A stretch of DNA of 27,282 nucleotides. Origin: Utricularia gibba (lineage: Eukaryota > Plantae > Magnoliophyta). Under the pieces are notes generated by a model. The model made no database searches. It was not told where the DNA came from and saw only the letters and a program-made list of their open reading frames with translations. Location: NCBI GenBank assembly GCA_002189035.1, contig NEEC01000215.1, positions 1 to 27,282 of the forward strand. The letters are read 5' to 3'. Positions 8,915 to 23,820 of the stretch are shown here, piece by piece. The translations under genes were made by a program, and so were the position numbers. Each line of letters begins with the position of its first letter. Position 1 is the stretch's first letter.

Positions 8915-9813
8915 ATAATCATATGATATAGGTTTATTAAATTATAAATAATTGAAATACATTATTTATTAAACCGTAGGATAACTGTGAAAGCTTCTTT
9001 GACTTAATTATTACCATTTGATCCTCAGTTGTACTTTGGATGGAGTGTGTATTTTTACTTTAGTCAATTTAATTAGCATTCGATCCTTGGTTATGATTCA
9101 GATCATATTTGCTATTTTTTTACTTTAAATATTTTTATTATCATTCGATCCTTAAGTATAATGCGGATCGAGCGCGTATTTTTTATTTTAATATTTTTTA
9201 TTAGCATTCGAACGTTAGGTATGCTGCGGATCGAGCGTATATTTTTCACTCTCATATTTTTATTAGCCTTAGATCCTTAGGTATACTTTGGATCGAGTGC
9301 ATATTCATTTATTTTAAATCTTAATTAGCGTTCCACCGTTAGGAGCAATTTAGAACGTGTATACATTACAATGCCATGCCACACGGGCGTGGTTTACGCA
9401 CAACCCACGCCCGTGTGCCCTTGCAATGTAAACACGCTCCACATTGCTCCTAAGGATCGAGCGTTAACACAAGTTTCAAGTAAACCATCTCCACTCGATC
9501 CGAATCATGTCTAAAGACCGAAAGCCAATAAAAATATTAAAATAAAAAATATACGCTCGATCCGCATCATATCTTAGAATCGAATGCAAATAGAATCGTT
9601 CAAATAAAAAATATACACTCGATTGGAATCTTAACCAAGGATCGAATGCTAATTAAAATGATTAAAATAAAAATGCACACTCCATCCAAAGTATAACTAA
9701 GGGTCGAATGCTAATAAAATTAAAAACTAAGAAACTTTCACATGTAGTATATGCTTTAATAACTAACGTATTTACATTATTTATATTTTAATAAACATAT
9801 ATCACATGATTAT
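8915..9813. mobile_element. Foldback/MITE-like inverted-repeat element, copy 5
   Basis: Same ends and arms as 1927-2823. Confidence 0.75.
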
Positions 9814-9830
9814 AAAAATATTTTTTTTGT

Positions 9831-10078
9831 CATTGTAGAAAGCTCATCACGCCACGCACACCACCCTGGAGAGGTTTCAACAGCTGTTATGAACTCACAA
9901 CCCTTGCTCAGCAGATTCAGTAAAATTCTCTAACACTTGGGCTTCCAACGGATCATATCCCATATTCATTCATACGAAATTGTGCAAGAATAATGTGACT
10001 TTGAGTTTGAACTAGATAGTAGGACGCTGATCGAAGAATGGCCCATCGAGTCTCTAAAATTGGCCGTCCTCGCTCAAC
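9831..10078 (-). pseudogene. PIF/Harbinger-type transposase fragment, copy 5
   Basis: Same sequence and lesions as 2841-3088. Confidence 0.8.
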
Positions 10079-11244
10079 AAATGTGGGGTGCACGTGACAT
10101 CCCAATTTCAACAAATGCATCATGATTTTCGTCGAGTGGGCCCATGAGCCCGTCCGAACCCGGGGCCCGGGCCAAGGGCCCCTCGAGAGCGCCCGCCTCA
10201 ATACGAGGAGGTGTTCCTTCAAAAACCATATACGCGTCTCGTCACAACCCAACGTTAATAAATGCATCACTTTTTTTGGCGCGCTACTGCTGACTTTGGG
10301 CCTGAGTTCGGCACGACCTCCGGCTCGATCAGGGTGCCCCCGAGAGCTCCTCCTTAAGTATAAAGTGTGTTGTTGAAAAAAACCGTGTGCGGTTCTCGTG
10401 ACATCCTAACTTCAACAAATGCATCACGATTTTCGTCGAGTCGGACGGGACCGGGCTCCCGGGGCCCGGACGAGGCGCAGCGCCCGCTCCCCTCCCCCCA
10501 AAACTAGAAGGTGTTCCATGGAAAACCATTTAGGCGGCTCGTGACAACCCAAAGTTAATAAATGCATCACTTTCTTTGCCGGGCTACAATGACTTTACGC
10601 TCGAGCCTGGTACGACGTATGGGAAGATTCGAGTGCCCCCGAGAGCGTCTCCACAAGTATAAAGCGTGTTGTTGAAAAAACCGTGTTGGGTGCACGTGAC
10701 ATCCTAATTTCAACAAATGTGTCACGATTTTCGCCGAGTGGGACCAGAGTGGGCTCATCAGCCAGACCGAACCCGGGGCCCAAGCCAAGGGCCCCTCGAG
10801 AGCGCCCCCCACAAAACTAGATGGTGTTCCACGAAAAAAAATTAGGCGGCTCGTGATAACCCAACGCTAAGAAATGCATCCCTTTTTTCGCCGGGCTAAA
10901 ACTGACTTTGGGCTCATGCCCGGCGCGACCCCCAGCCCGTGTGCATACGCAGCAGCACCACGAGGCCACATGGGCTTGGTTAATGCCCGCGTGCTCGAGC
11001 AGCAGCCACAAGGCCATACGGCCGTGGAAAAAAAGAAAAACAACCATAAAATACAATAAGCCAAAAATAAAAAATAAAATTGATAAACCCTTGGTTCGGT
11101 TCGGGCCCAATCAAAACCCGTAGGGTTTAACCCGTTCGGGTTGAACAGAAAGACAACCCCATGGGTCATGCAAACTGTAATACCCAGAATTTCATCGGGT
11201 TGGGTCCGAACCTGAATGGATCCAACCCAGGCCCATCTCTAATC

Positions 11245-12143
11245 ATAATCATATGATATAGGTTTATTAAATTATAAATAATTGAAATACATTATTTATT
11301 AAACCGTAGGATAACTGTGAAAGCTTCTTTGACTTAATTATTACCATTTGATCCTCAGTTGTACTTTGGATGGAGTGTGTATTTTTACTTTAGTCAATTT
11401 AATTAGCATTCGATCCTTGGTTATGATTCAGATCATATTTGCTATTTTTTTACTTTAAATATTTTTATTATCATTCGATCCTTAAGTATAATGCGGATCG
11501 AGCGCGTATTTTTTATTTTAATATTTTTTATTAGCATTCGAACGTTAGGTATGCTGCGGATCGAGCGTATATTTTTCACTCTCATATTTTTATTAGCCTT
11601 AGATCCTTAGGTATACTTTGGATCGAGTGCATATTCATTTATTTTAAATCTTAATTAGCGTTCCACCGTTAGGAGCAATTTAGAACGTGTATACATTACA
11701 ATGCCATGCCACACGGGCGTGGTTTACGCACAACCCACGCCCGTGTGCCCTTGCAATGTAAACACGCTCCACATTGCTCCTAAGGATCGAGCGTTAACAC
11801 AAGTTTCAAGTAAACCATCTCCACTCGATCCGAATCATGTCTAAAGACCGAAAGCCAATAAAAATATTAAAATAAAAAATATACGCTCGATCCGCATCAT
11901 ATCTTAGAATCGAATGCAAATAGAATCGTTCAAATAAAAAATATACACTCGATTGGAATCTTAACCAAGGATCGAATGCTAATTAAAATGATTAAAATAA
12001 AAATGCACACTCCATCCAAAGTATAACTAAGGGTCGAATGCTAATAAAATTAAAAACTAAGAAACTTTCACATGTAGTATATGCTTTAATAACTAACGTA
12101 TTTACATTATTTATATTTTAATAAACATATATCACATGATTAT
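11245..12143. mobile_element. Foldback/MITE-like inverted-repeat element, copy 6
   Basis: Same ends and arms as 1927-2823. Confidence 0.75.
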
Positions 12144-12160
12144 AAAAATATTTTTTTTGT

Positions 12161-12409
12161 CATTGTAGAAAGCTCATCACGCCACGCACACCACCCTGGA
12201 GAGGTTTCAACAGCTGTTATGAACTCACAACCCCTTGCTCAGCAGATTCAGTAAAATTCTCTAACACTTGGGCTTCCAACGGATCATATCCCATATTCAT
12301 TCATACGAAATTGTGCAAGAATAATGTGACTTTGAGTTTGAACTAGATAGTAGGACGCTGATCGAAGAATGGCCCATCGAGTCTCTAAAATTGGCCGTCC
12401 TCGCTCAAC
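12161..12409 (-). pseudogene. PIF/Harbinger-type transposase fragment, copy 6
   Basis: Same sequence and lesions as 2841-3088. Confidence 0.8.
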
Positions 12410-13576
12410 AAATGTGGGGTGCACGTGACATCCCAATTTCAACAAATGCATCATGATTTTCGTCGAGTGGGCCCATGAGCCCGTCCGAACCCGGGGCCCG
12501 GGCCAAGGGCCCCTCGAGAGCGCCCGCCTCAATACGAGGAGGTGTTCCTTCAAAAACCATATACGCGTCTCGTCACAACCCAACGTTAATAAATGCATCA
12601 CTTTTTTTGGCGCGCTACTGCTGACTTTGGGCCTGAGTTCGGCACGACCTCCGGCTCGATCAGGGTGCCCCACCGAGAGCTCCTCCTTAAGTATAAAGTG
12701 TGTTGTTGAAAAAAACCGTGTGCGGTTCTCGTGACATCCTAACTTCAACAAATGCATCACGATTTTCGTCGAGTCGGACGGGACCGGGCTCCCGGGGCCC
12801 GGACGAGGCGCAGCGCCCGCTCCCCTCCCCCCAAAACTAGAAGGTGTTCCATGGAAAACCATTTAGGCGGCTCGTGACAACCCAAAGTTAATAAATGCAT
12901 CACTTTCTTTGCCGGGCTACAATGACTTTACGCTCGAGCCTGGTACGACGTATGGGAAGATTCGAGTGCCCCCGAGAGCGTCTCCACAAGTATAAAGCGT
13001 GTTGTTGAAAAAACCGTGTTGGGTGCACGTGACATCCTAATTTCAACAAATGTGTCACGATTTTCGCCGAGTGGGACCAGAGTGGGCTCATCAGCCAGAC
13101 CGAACCCGGGGCCCAAGCCAAGGGCCCCTCGAGAGCGCCCCCCACAAAACTAGATGGTGTTCCACGAAAAAAAATTAGGCGGCTCGTGATAACCCAACGC
13201 TAAGAAATGCATCCCTTTTTTCGCCGGGCTAAAACTGACTTTGGGCTCATGCCCGGCGCGACCCCAGCCCGTGTGCATACGCAGCAGCACCACGAGGCCA
13301 CATGGGCTTGGTTAATGCCCGCGTGCTCGAGCAGCAGCCACAAGGCCATACGGCCGTGGAAAAAAAGAAAAACAACCATAAAATACAATAAGCCAAAAAT
13401 AAAAAATAAAATTGATAAACCCTTGGTTCGGTTCGGGCCCAATCAAAACCCGTAGGGTTTAACCCGTTCGGGTTGAACAGAAAGACAACCCCATGGGTCA
13501 TGCAAACTGTAATACCCAGAATTTCATCGGGTTGGGTCCGAACCTGAATGGATCCAACCCAGGCCCATCTCTAATC

Positions 13577-14475
13577 ATAATCATATGATATAGGTTTATT
13601 AAATTATAAATAATTGAAATACATTATTTATTAAACCGTAGGATAACTGTGAAAGCTTCTTTGACTTAATTATTACCATTTGATCCTCAGTTGTACTTTG
13701 GATGGAGTGTGTATTTTTACTTTAGTCAATTTAATTAGCATTCGATCCTTGGTTATGATTCAGATCATATTTGCTATTTTTTTACTTTAAATATTTTTAT
13801 TATCATTCGATCCTTAAGTATAATGCGGATCGAGCGCGTATTTTTTATTTTAATATTTTTTATTAGCATTCGAACGTTAGGTATGCTGCGGATCGAGCGT
13901 ATATTTTTCACTCTCATATTTTTATTAGCCTTAGATCCTTAGGTATACTTTGGATCGAGTGCATATTCATTTATTTTAAATCTTAATTAGCGTTCCACCG
14001 TTAGGAGCAATTTAGAACGTGTATACATTACAATGCCATGCCACACGGGCGTGGTTTACGCACAACCCACGCCCGTGTGCCCTTGCAATGTAAACACGCT
14101 CCACATTGCTCCTAAGGATCGAGCGTTAACACAAGTTTCAAGTAAACCATCTCCACTCGATCCGAATCATGTCTAAAGACCGAAAGCCAATAAAAATATT
14201 AAAATAAAAAATATACGCTCGATCCGCATCATATCTTAGAATCGAATGCAAATAGAATCGTTCAAATAAAAAATATACACTCGATTGGAATCTTAACCAA
14301 GGATCGAATGCTAATTAAAATGATTAAAATAAAAATGCACACTCCATCCAAAGTATAACTAAGGGTCGAATGCTAATAAAATTAAAAACTAAGAAACTTT
14401 CACATGTAGTATATGCTTTAATAACTAACGTATTTACATTATTTATATTTTAATAAACATATATCACATGATTAT
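13577..14475. mobile_element. Foldback/MITE-like inverted-repeat element, copy 7
   Basis: Same ends and arms as 1927-2823. Confidence 0.75.
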
Positions 14476-14492
14476 AAAAATATTTTTTTTGT

Positions 14493-14741
14493 CATTGTAG
14501 AAAGCTCATCACGCCACGCACACCACCCTGGAGAGGTTTCAACAGCTGTTATGAACTCACAACCCCTTGCTCAGCAGATTCAGTAAAATTCTCTAACACT
14601 TGGGCTTCCAACGGATCATATCCCATATTCATTCATACGAAATTGTGCAAGAATAATGTGACTTTGAGTTTGAACTAGATAGTAGGACGCTGATCGAAGA
14701 ATGGCCCATCGAGTCTCTAAAATTGGCCGTCCTCGCTCAAC
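14493..14741 (-). pseudogene. PIF/Harbinger-type transposase fragment, copy 7
   Basis: Same sequence and lesions as 2841-3088. Confidence 0.8.
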
Positions 14742-15910
14742 AAATGTGGGGTGCACGTGACATCCCAATTTCAACAAATGCATCATGATTTTCGTCGAGT
14801 GGGCCCATGAGCCCGTCCGAACCCGGGGCCCGGGCCAAGGGCCCCTCGAGAGCGCCCGCCTCAATACGAGGAGGTGTTCCTTCAAAAACCATATACGCGT
14901 CTCGTCACAACCCAACGTTAATAAATGCATCACTTTTTTTGGCGCGCTACTGCTGACTTTGGGCCTGAGTTCGGCACGACCTCCGGCTCGATCAGGGTGC
15001 CCCCCGAGAGCTCCTCCTTAAGTATAAAGTGTGTTGTTGAAAAAAACCGTGTGCGGTTCTCGTGACATCCTAACTTCAACAAATGCATCACGATTTTCGT
15101 CGAGTCGGACGGGACCGGGCTCCCGGGGCCCGGACGAGGCGCAGCGCCCGCTCCCTCCCCCCCAAAACTAGAAGGTGTTCCATGGAAAACCATTTAGGCG
15201 GCTCGTGACAACCCAAAGTTAATAAATGCATCACTTTCTTTGCCGGGCTACAATGACTTTACGCTCGAGCCTGGTACGACGTATGGGAAGATTCGAGTGC
15301 CCCCCGAGAGCGTCTCCACAAGTATAAAGCGTGTTGTTGAAAAAACCGTGTTGGGTGCACGTGACATCCTAATTTCAACAAATGTGTCACGATTTTCGCC
15401 GAGTGGGACCAGAGTGGGCTCATCAGCCAGACCGAACCCGGGGCCCAAGCCAAGGGCCCCTCGAGAGCGCCCCCCCACAAAACTAGATGGTGTTCCACGA
15501 AAAAAAATTAGGCGGCTCGTGATAACCCAACGCTAAGAAATGCATCCCTTTTTTCGCCGGGCTAAAACTGACTTTGGGCTCATGCCCGGCGCGACCCCCA
15601 GCCCGTGTGCATACGCAGCAGCACCACGAGGCCACATGGGCTTGGTTAATGCCCGCGTGCTCGAGCAGCAGCCACAAGGCCATACGGCCGTGGAAAAAAA
15701 GAAAAACAACCATAAAATACAATAAGCCAAAAATAAAAAATAAAATTGATAAACCCTTGGTTCGGTTCGGGCCCAATCAAAACCCGTAGGGTTTAACCCG
15801 TTCGGGTTGAACAGAAAGACAACCCCATGGGTCATGCAAACTGTAATACCCAGAATTTCATCGGGTTGGGTCCGAACCTGAATGGATCCAACCCAGGCCC
15901 ATCTCTAATC

Positions 15911-16809
15911 ATAATCATATGATATAGGTTTATTAAATTATAAATAATTGAAATACATTATTTATTAAACCGTAGGATAACTGTGAAAGCTTCTTTGACT
16001 TAATTATTACCATTTGATCCTCAGTTGTACTTTGGATGGAGTGTGTATTTTTACTTTAGTCAATTTAATTAGCATTCGATCCTTGGTTATGATTCAGATC
16101 ATATTTGCTATTTTTTTACTTTAAATATTTTTATTATCATTCGATCCTTAAGTATAATGCGGATCGAGCGCGTATTTTTTATTTTAATATTTTTTATTAG
16201 CATTCGAACGTTAGGTATGCTGCGGATCGAGCGTATATTTTTCACTCTCATATTTTTATTAGCCTTAGATCCTTAGGTATACTTTGGATCGAGTGCATAT
16301 TCATTTATTTTAAATCTTAATTAGCGTTCCACCGTTAGGAGCAATTTAGAACGTGTATACATTACAATGCCATGCCACACGGGCGTGGTTTACGCACAAC
16401 CCACGCCCGTGTGCCCTTGCAATGTAAACACGCTCCACATTGCTCCTAAGGATCGAGCGTTAACACAAGTTTCAAGTAAACCATCTCCACTCGATCCGAA
16501 TCATGTCTAAAGACCGAAAGCCAATAAAAATATTAAAATAAAAAATATACGCTCGATCCGCATCATATCTTAGAATCGAATGCAAATAGAATCGTTCAAA
16601 TAAAAAATATACACTCGATTGGAATCTTAACCAAGGATCGAATGCTAATTAAAATGATTAAAATAAAAATGCACACTCCATCCAAAGTATAACTAAGGGT
16701 CGAATGCTAATAAAATTAAAAACTAAGAAACTTTCACATGTAGTATATGCTTTAATAACTAACGTATTTACATTATTTATATTTTAATAAACATATATCA
16801 CATGATTAT
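15911..16809. mobile_element. Foldback/MITE-like inverted-repeat element, copy 8
   Basis: Same ends and arms as 1927-2823. Confidence 0.75.
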
Positions 16810-16826
16810 AAAAATATTTTTTTTGT

Positions 16827-17075
16827 CATTGTAGAAAGCTCATCACGCCACGCACACCACCCTGGAGAGGTTTCAACAGCTGTTATGAACTCACAACCCC
16901 TTGCTCAGCAGATTCAGTAAAATTCTCTAACACTTGGGCTTCCAACGGATCATATCCCATATTCATTCATACGAAATTGTGCAAGAATAATGTGACTTTG
17001 AGTTTGAACTAGATAGTAGGACGCTGATCGAAGAATGGCCCATCGAGTCTCTAAAATTGGCCGTCCTCGCTCAAC
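16827..17075 (-). pseudogene. PIF/Harbinger-type transposase fragment, copy 8
   Basis: Same sequence and lesions as 2841-3088. Confidence 0.8.
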
Positions 17076-18242
17076 AAATGTGGGGTGCACGTGACATCCC
17101 AATTTCAACAAATGCATCATGATTTTCGTCGAGTGGGCCCATGAGCCCGTCCGAACCCGGGGCCCGGGCCAAGGGCCCCTCGAGAGCGCCCGCCTCAATA
17201 CGAGGAGGTGTTCCTTCAAAAACCATATACGCGTCTCGTCACAACCCAACGTTAATAAATGCATCACTTTTTTTGGCGCGCTACTGCTGACTTTGGGCCT
17301 GAGTTCGGCACGACCTCCGGCTCGATCAGGGTGCCCCCCGAGAGCTCCTCCTTAAGTATAAAGTGTGTTGTTGAAAAAAACCGTGTGCGGTTCTCGTGAC
17401 ATCCTAACTTCAACAAATGCATCACGATTTTCGTCGAGTCGGACGGGACCGGGCTCCCGGGGCCCGGACGAGGCGCAGCGCCCGCTCCCTCCCCCCAAAA
17501 CTAGAAGGTGTTCCATGGAAAACCATTTAGGCGGCTCGTGACAACCCAAAGTTAATAAATGCATCACTTTCTTTGCCGGGCTACAATGACTTTACGCTCG
17601 AGCCTGGTACGACGTATGGGAAGATTCGAGTGCCCCCCGAGAGCGTCTCCACAAGTATAAAGCGTGTTGTTGAAAAAACCGTGTTGGGTGCACGTGACAT
17701 CCTAATTTCAACAAATGTGTCACGATTTTCGCCGAGTGGGACCAGAGTGGGCTCATCAGCCAGACCGAACCCGGGGCCCAAGCCAAGGGCCCTCGAGAGC
17801 GCCCCCCCACAAAACTAGATGGTGTTCCACGAAAAAAAATTAGGCGGCTCGTGATAACCCAACGCTAAGAAATGCATCCCTTTTTTCGCCGGGCTAAAAC
17901 TGACTTTGGGCTCATGCCCGGCGCGACCCCCAGCCCGTGTGCATACGCAGCAGCACCACGAGGCCACATGGGCTTGGTTAATGCCCGCGTGCTCGAGCAG
18001 CAGCCACAAGGCCATACGGCCGTGGAAAAAAAGAAAAACAACCATAAAATACAATAAGCCAAAAATAAAAAATAAAATTGATAAACCCTTGGTTCGGTTC
18101 GGGCCCAATCAAAACCCGTAGGGTTTAACCCGTTCGGGTTGAACAGAAAGACAACCCCATGGGTCATGCAAACTGTAATACCCAGAATTTCATCGGGTTG
18201 GGTCCGAACCTGAATGGATCCAACCCAGGCCCATCTCTAATC

Positions 18243-19141
18243 ATAATCATATGATATAGGTTTATTAAATTATAAATAATTGAAATACATTATTTATTAA
18301 ACCGTAGGATAACTGTGAAAGCTTCTTTGACTTAATTATTACCATTTGATCCTCAGTTGTACTTTGGATGGAGTGTGTATTTTTACTTTAGTCAATTTAA
18401 TTAGCATTCGATCCTTGGTTATGATTCAGATCATATTTGCTATTTTTTTACTTTAAATATTTTTATTATCATTCGATCCTTAAGTATAATGCGGATCGAG
18501 CGCGTATTTTTTATTTTAATATTTTTTATTAGCATTCGAACGTTAGGTATGCTGCGGATCGAGCGTATATTTTTCACTCTCATATTTTTATTAGCCTTAG
18601 ATCCTTAGGTATACTTTGGATCGAGTGCATATTCATTTATTTTAAATCTTAATTAGCGTTCCACCGTTAGGAGCAATTTAGAACGTGTATACATTACAAT
18701 GCCATGCCACACGGGCGTGGTTTACGCACAACCCACGCCCGTGTGCCCTTGCAATGTAAACACGCTCCACATTGCTCCTAAGGATCGAGCGTTAACACAA
18801 GTTTCAAGTAAACCATCTCCACTCGATCCGAATCATGTCTAAAGACCGAAAGCCAATAAAAATATTAAAATAAAAAATATACGCTCGATCCGCATCATAT
18901 CTTAGAATCGAATGCAAATAGAATCGTTCAAATAAAAAATATACACTCGATTGGAATCTTAACCAAGGATCGAATGCTAATTAAAATGATTAAAATAAAA
19001 ATGCACACTCCATCCAAAGTATAACTAAGGGTCGAATGCTAATAAAATTAAAAACTAAGAAACTTTCACATGTAGTATATGCTTTAATAACTAACGTATT
19101 TACATTATTTATATTTTAATAAACATATATCACATGATTAT
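18243..19141. mobile_element. Foldback/MITE-like inverted-repeat element, copy 9
   Basis: Same ends and arms as 1927-2823. Confidence 0.75.
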
Positions 19142-19158
19142 AAAAATATTTTTTTTGT

Positions 19159-19407
19159 CATTGTAGAAAGCTCATCACGCCACGCACACCACCCTGGAGA
19201 GGTTTCAACAGCTGTTATGAACTCACAACCCCTTGCTCAGCAGATTCAGTAAAATTCTCTAACACTTGGGCTTCCAACGGATCATATCCCATATTCATTC
19301 ATACGAAATTGTGCAAGAATAATGTGACTTTGAGTTTGAACTAGATAGTAGGACGCTGATCGAAGAATGGCCCATCGAGTCTCTAAAATTGGCCGTCCTC
19401 GCTCAAC
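19159..19407 (-). pseudogene. PIF/Harbinger-type transposase fragment, copy 9
   Basis: Same sequence and lesions as 2841-3088. Confidence 0.8.
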
Positions 19408-20572
19408 AAATGTGGGGTGCACGTGACATCCCAATTTCAACAAATGCATCATGATTTTCGTCGAGTGGGCCCATGAGCCCGTCCGAACCCGGGGCCCGGG
19501 CCAAGGGCCCCTCGAGAGCGCCCGCCTCAATACGAGGAGGTGTTCCTTCAAAAACCATATACGCGTCTCGTCACAACCCAACGTTAATAAATGCATCACT
19601 TTTTTTGGCGCGCTACTGCTGACTTTGGGCCTGAGTTCGGCACGACCTCCGGCTCGATCAGGGTGCCCCCCGAGAGCTCCTCCTTAAGTATAAAGTGTGT
19701 TGTTGAAAAAAACCGTGTGCGGTTCTCGTGACATCCTAACTTCAACAAATGCATCACGATTTTCGTCGAGTCGGACGGGACCGGGCTCCCGGGGCCCGGA
19801 CGAGGCGCAGCGCCCGCTCCCCTCCCCCCAAAACTAGAAGGTGTTCCATGGAAAACCATTTAGGCGGCTCGTGACAACCCAAAGTTAATAAATGCATCAC
19901 TTTCTTTGCCGGGCTACAATGACTTTACGCTCGAGCCTGGTACGACGTATGGGAAGATTCGAGTGCCCCCGAGAGCGTCTCCACAAGTATAAAGCGTGTT
20001 GTTGAAAAAACCGTGTTGGGTGCACGTGACATCCTAATTTCAACAAATGTGTCACGATTTTCGCCGAGTGGGACCAGAGTGGGCTCATCAGCCAGACCGA
20101 ACCCGGGGCCCAAGCCAAGGGCCCCTCGAGAGCGCCCCCACAAAACTAGATGGTGTTCCACGAAAAAAAATTAGGCGGCTCGTGATAACCCAACGCTAAG
20201 AAATGCATCCCTTTTTTCGCCGGGCTAAAACTGACTTTGGGCTCATGCCCGGCGCGACCCCCAGCCCGTGTGCATACGCAGCAGCACCACGAGGCCACAT
20301 GGGCTTGGTTAATGCCCGCGTGCTCGAGCAGCAGCCACAAGGCCATACGGCCGTGGAAAAAAAGAAAACAACCATAAAATACAATAAGCCAAAAATAAAA
20401 AATAAAATTGATAAACCCTTGGTTCGGTTCGGGCCCAATCAAAACCCGTAGGGTTTAACCCGTTCGGGTTGAACAGAAAGACAACCCCATGGGTCATGCA
20501 AACTGTAATACCCAGAATTTCATCGGGTTGGGTCCGAACCTGAATGGATCCAACCCAGGCCCATCTCTAATC

Positions 20573-21471
20573 ATAATCATATGATATAGGTTTATTAAAT
20601 TATAAATAATTGAAATACATTATTTATTAAACCGTAGGATAACTGTGAAAGCTTCTTTGACTTAATTATTACCATTTGATCCTCAGTTGTACTTTGGATG
20701 GAGTGTGTATTTTTACTTTAGTCAATTTAATTAGCATTCGATCCTTGGTTATGATTCAGATCATATTTGCTATTTTTTTACTTTAAATATTTTTATTATC
20801 ATTCGATCCTTAAGTATAATGCGGATCGAGCGCGTATTTTTTATTTTAATATTTTTTATTAGCATTCGAACGTTAGGTATGCTGCGGATCGAGCGTATAT
20901 TTTTCACTCTCATATTTTTATTAGCCTTAGATCCTTAGGTATACTTTGGATCGAGTGCATATTCATTTATTTTAAATCTTAATTAGCGTTCCACCGTTAG
21001 GAGCAATTTAGAACGTGTATACATTACAATGCCATGCCACACGGGCGTGGTTTACGCACAACCCACGCCCGTGTGCCCTTGCAATGTAAACACGCTCCAC
21101 ATTGCTCCTAAGGATCGAGCGTTAACACAAGTTTCAAGTAAACCATCTCCACTCGATCCGAATCATGTCTAAAGACCGAAAGCCAATAAAAATATTAAAA
21201 TAAAAAATATACGCTCGATCCGCATCATATCTTAGAATCGAATGCAAATAGAATCGTTCAAATAAAAAATATACACTCGATTGGAATCTTAACCAAGGAT
21301 CGAATGCTAATTAAAATGATTAAAATAAAAATGCACACTCCATCCAAAGTATAACTAAGGGTCGAATGCTAATAAAATTAAAAACTAAGAAACTTTCACA
21401 TGTAGTATATGCTTTAATAACTAACGTATTTACATTATTTATATTTTAATAAACATATATCACATGATTAT
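20573..21471. mobile_element. Foldback/MITE-like inverted-repeat element, copy 10
   Basis: Same ends and arms as 1927-2823. Confidence 0.75.
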
Positions 21472-21488
21472 AAAAATATTTTTTTTGT

Positions 21489-21737
21489 CATTGTAGAAAG
21501 CTCATCACGCCACGCACACCACCCTGGAGAGGTTTCAACAGCTGTTATGAACTCACAACCCCTTGCTCAGCAGATTCAGTAAAATTCTCTAACACTTGGG
21601 CTTCCAACGGATCATATCCCATATTCATTCATACGAAATTGTGCAAGAATAATGTGACTTTGAGTTTGAACTAGATAGTAGGACGCTGATCGAAGAATGG
21701 CCCATCGAGTCTCTAAAATTGGCCGTCCTCGCTCAAC
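21489..21737 (-). pseudogene. PIF/Harbinger-type transposase fragment, copy 10
   Basis: Same sequence and lesions as 2841-3088. Confidence 0.8.
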
Positions 21738-22904
21738 AAATGTGGGGTGCACGTGACATCCCAATTTCAACAAATGCATCATGATTTTCGTCGAGTGGGC
21801 CCATGAGCCCGTCCGAACCCGGGGCCCGGGCCAAGGGCCCCTCGAGAGCGCCCGCCTCAATACGAGGAGGTGTTCCTTCAAAAACCATATACGCGTCTCG
21901 TCACAACCAACGTTAATAAATGCATCACTTTTTTTGGCGCGCTACTGCTGACTTTGGGCCCGAGTTCGGCACGACCTCCGGCCGATCAGGGTGCCCCCCC
22001 GAGAGCTCCTCCTTAAGTATAAAGTGTGTTGTTGAAAAAAACCGTGTGCGGTTCTCGTGACATCCTAACTTCAACAAATGCATCACGATTTTCGTCGAGT
22101 CGGACGGGACCGGGCTCCCGGGGCCCGGACGAGGCGCAGCGCCCGCTCCCCTCCCCCCAAAACTAGAAGGTGTTCCATGGAAAACCATTTAGGCGGCTCG
22201 TGACAACCCAAAGTTAATAAATGCATCACTTTCTTTGCCGGGCTACAATGACTTTACGCTCGAGCCTGGTACGACGTATGGGAAGATTCGAGTGCCCCCG
22301 AGAGCGTCTCCACAAGTATAAAGCGTGTTGTTGAAAAAACCGTGTTGGGTGCACGTGACATCCTAATTTCAACAAATGTGTCACGATTTTCGCCGAGTGG
22401 GACCAGAGTGGGCTCATCAGCCAGACCGAACCCGGGGCCCAAGCCAAGGGCCCCTCGAGAGCGCCCCCCCACAAAACTAGATGGTGTTCCACGAAAAAAA
22501 ATTAGGCGGCTCGTGATAACCCAACGCTAAGAAATGCATCCCTTTTTTCGCCGGGCTAAAACTGACTTTGGGCTCATGCCCGGCGCGACCCCCAGCCCGT
22601 GTGCATACGCAGCAGCACCACGAGGCCACATGGGCTTGGTTAATGCCCGCGTGCTCGAGCAGCAGCCACAAGGCCATACGGCCGTGGAAAAAAAGAAAAA
22701 CAACCATAAAATACAATAAGCCAAAAATAAAAAATAAAATTGATAAACCCTTGGTTCGGTTCGGGCCCAATCAAAACCCGTAGGGTTTAACCCGTTCGGG
22801 TTGAACAGAAAGACAACCCCATGGGTCATGCAAACTGTAATACCCAGAATTTCATCGGGTTGGGTCCGAACCTGAATGGATCCAACCCAGGCCCATCTCT
22901 AATC

Positions 22905-23803
22905 ATAATCATATGATATAGGTTTATTAAATTATAAATAATTGAAATACATTATTTATTAAACCGTAGGATAACTGTGAAAGCTTCTTTGACTTAATTA
23001 TTACCATTTGATCCTCAGTTGTACTTTGGATGGAGTGTGTATTTTTACTTTAGTCAATTTAATTAGCATTCGATCCTTGGTTATGATTCAGATCATATTT
23101 GCTATTTTTTTACTTTAAATATTTTTATTATCATTCGATCCTTAAGTATAATGCGGATCGAGCGCGTATTTTTTATTTTAATATTTTTTATTAGCATTCG
23201 AACGTTAGGTATGCTGCGGATCGAGCGTATATTTTTCACTCTCATATTTTTATTAGCCTTAGATCCTTAGGTATACTTTGGATCGAGTGCATATTCATTT
23301 ATTTTAAATCTTAATTAGCGTTCCACCGTTAGGAGCAATTTAGAACGTGTATACATTACAATGCCATGCCACACGGGCGTGGTTTACGCACAACCCACGC
23401 CCGTGTGCCCTTGCAATGTAAACACGCTCCACATTGCTCCTAAGGATCGAGCGTTAACACAAGTTTCAAGTAAACCATCTCCACTCGATCCGAATCATGT
23501 CTAAAGACCGAAAGCCAATAAAAATATTAAAATAAAAAATATACGCTCGATCCGCATCATATCTTAGAATCGAATGCAAATAGAATCGTTCAAATAAAAA
23601 ATATACACTCGATTGGAATCTTAACCAAGGATCGAATGCTAATTAAAATGATTAAAATAAAAATGCACACTCCATCCAAAGTATAACTAAGGGTCGAATG
23701 CTAATAAAATTAAAAACTAAGAAACTTTCACATGTAGTATATGCTTTAATAACTAACGTATTTACATTATTTATATTTTAATAAACATATATCACATGAT
23801 TAT
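22905..23803. mobile_element. Foldback/MITE-like inverted-repeat element, copy 11
   Basis: Same ends and arms as 1927-2823. Confidence 0.75.
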
Positions 23804-23820
23804 AAAAATATTTTTTTTGT

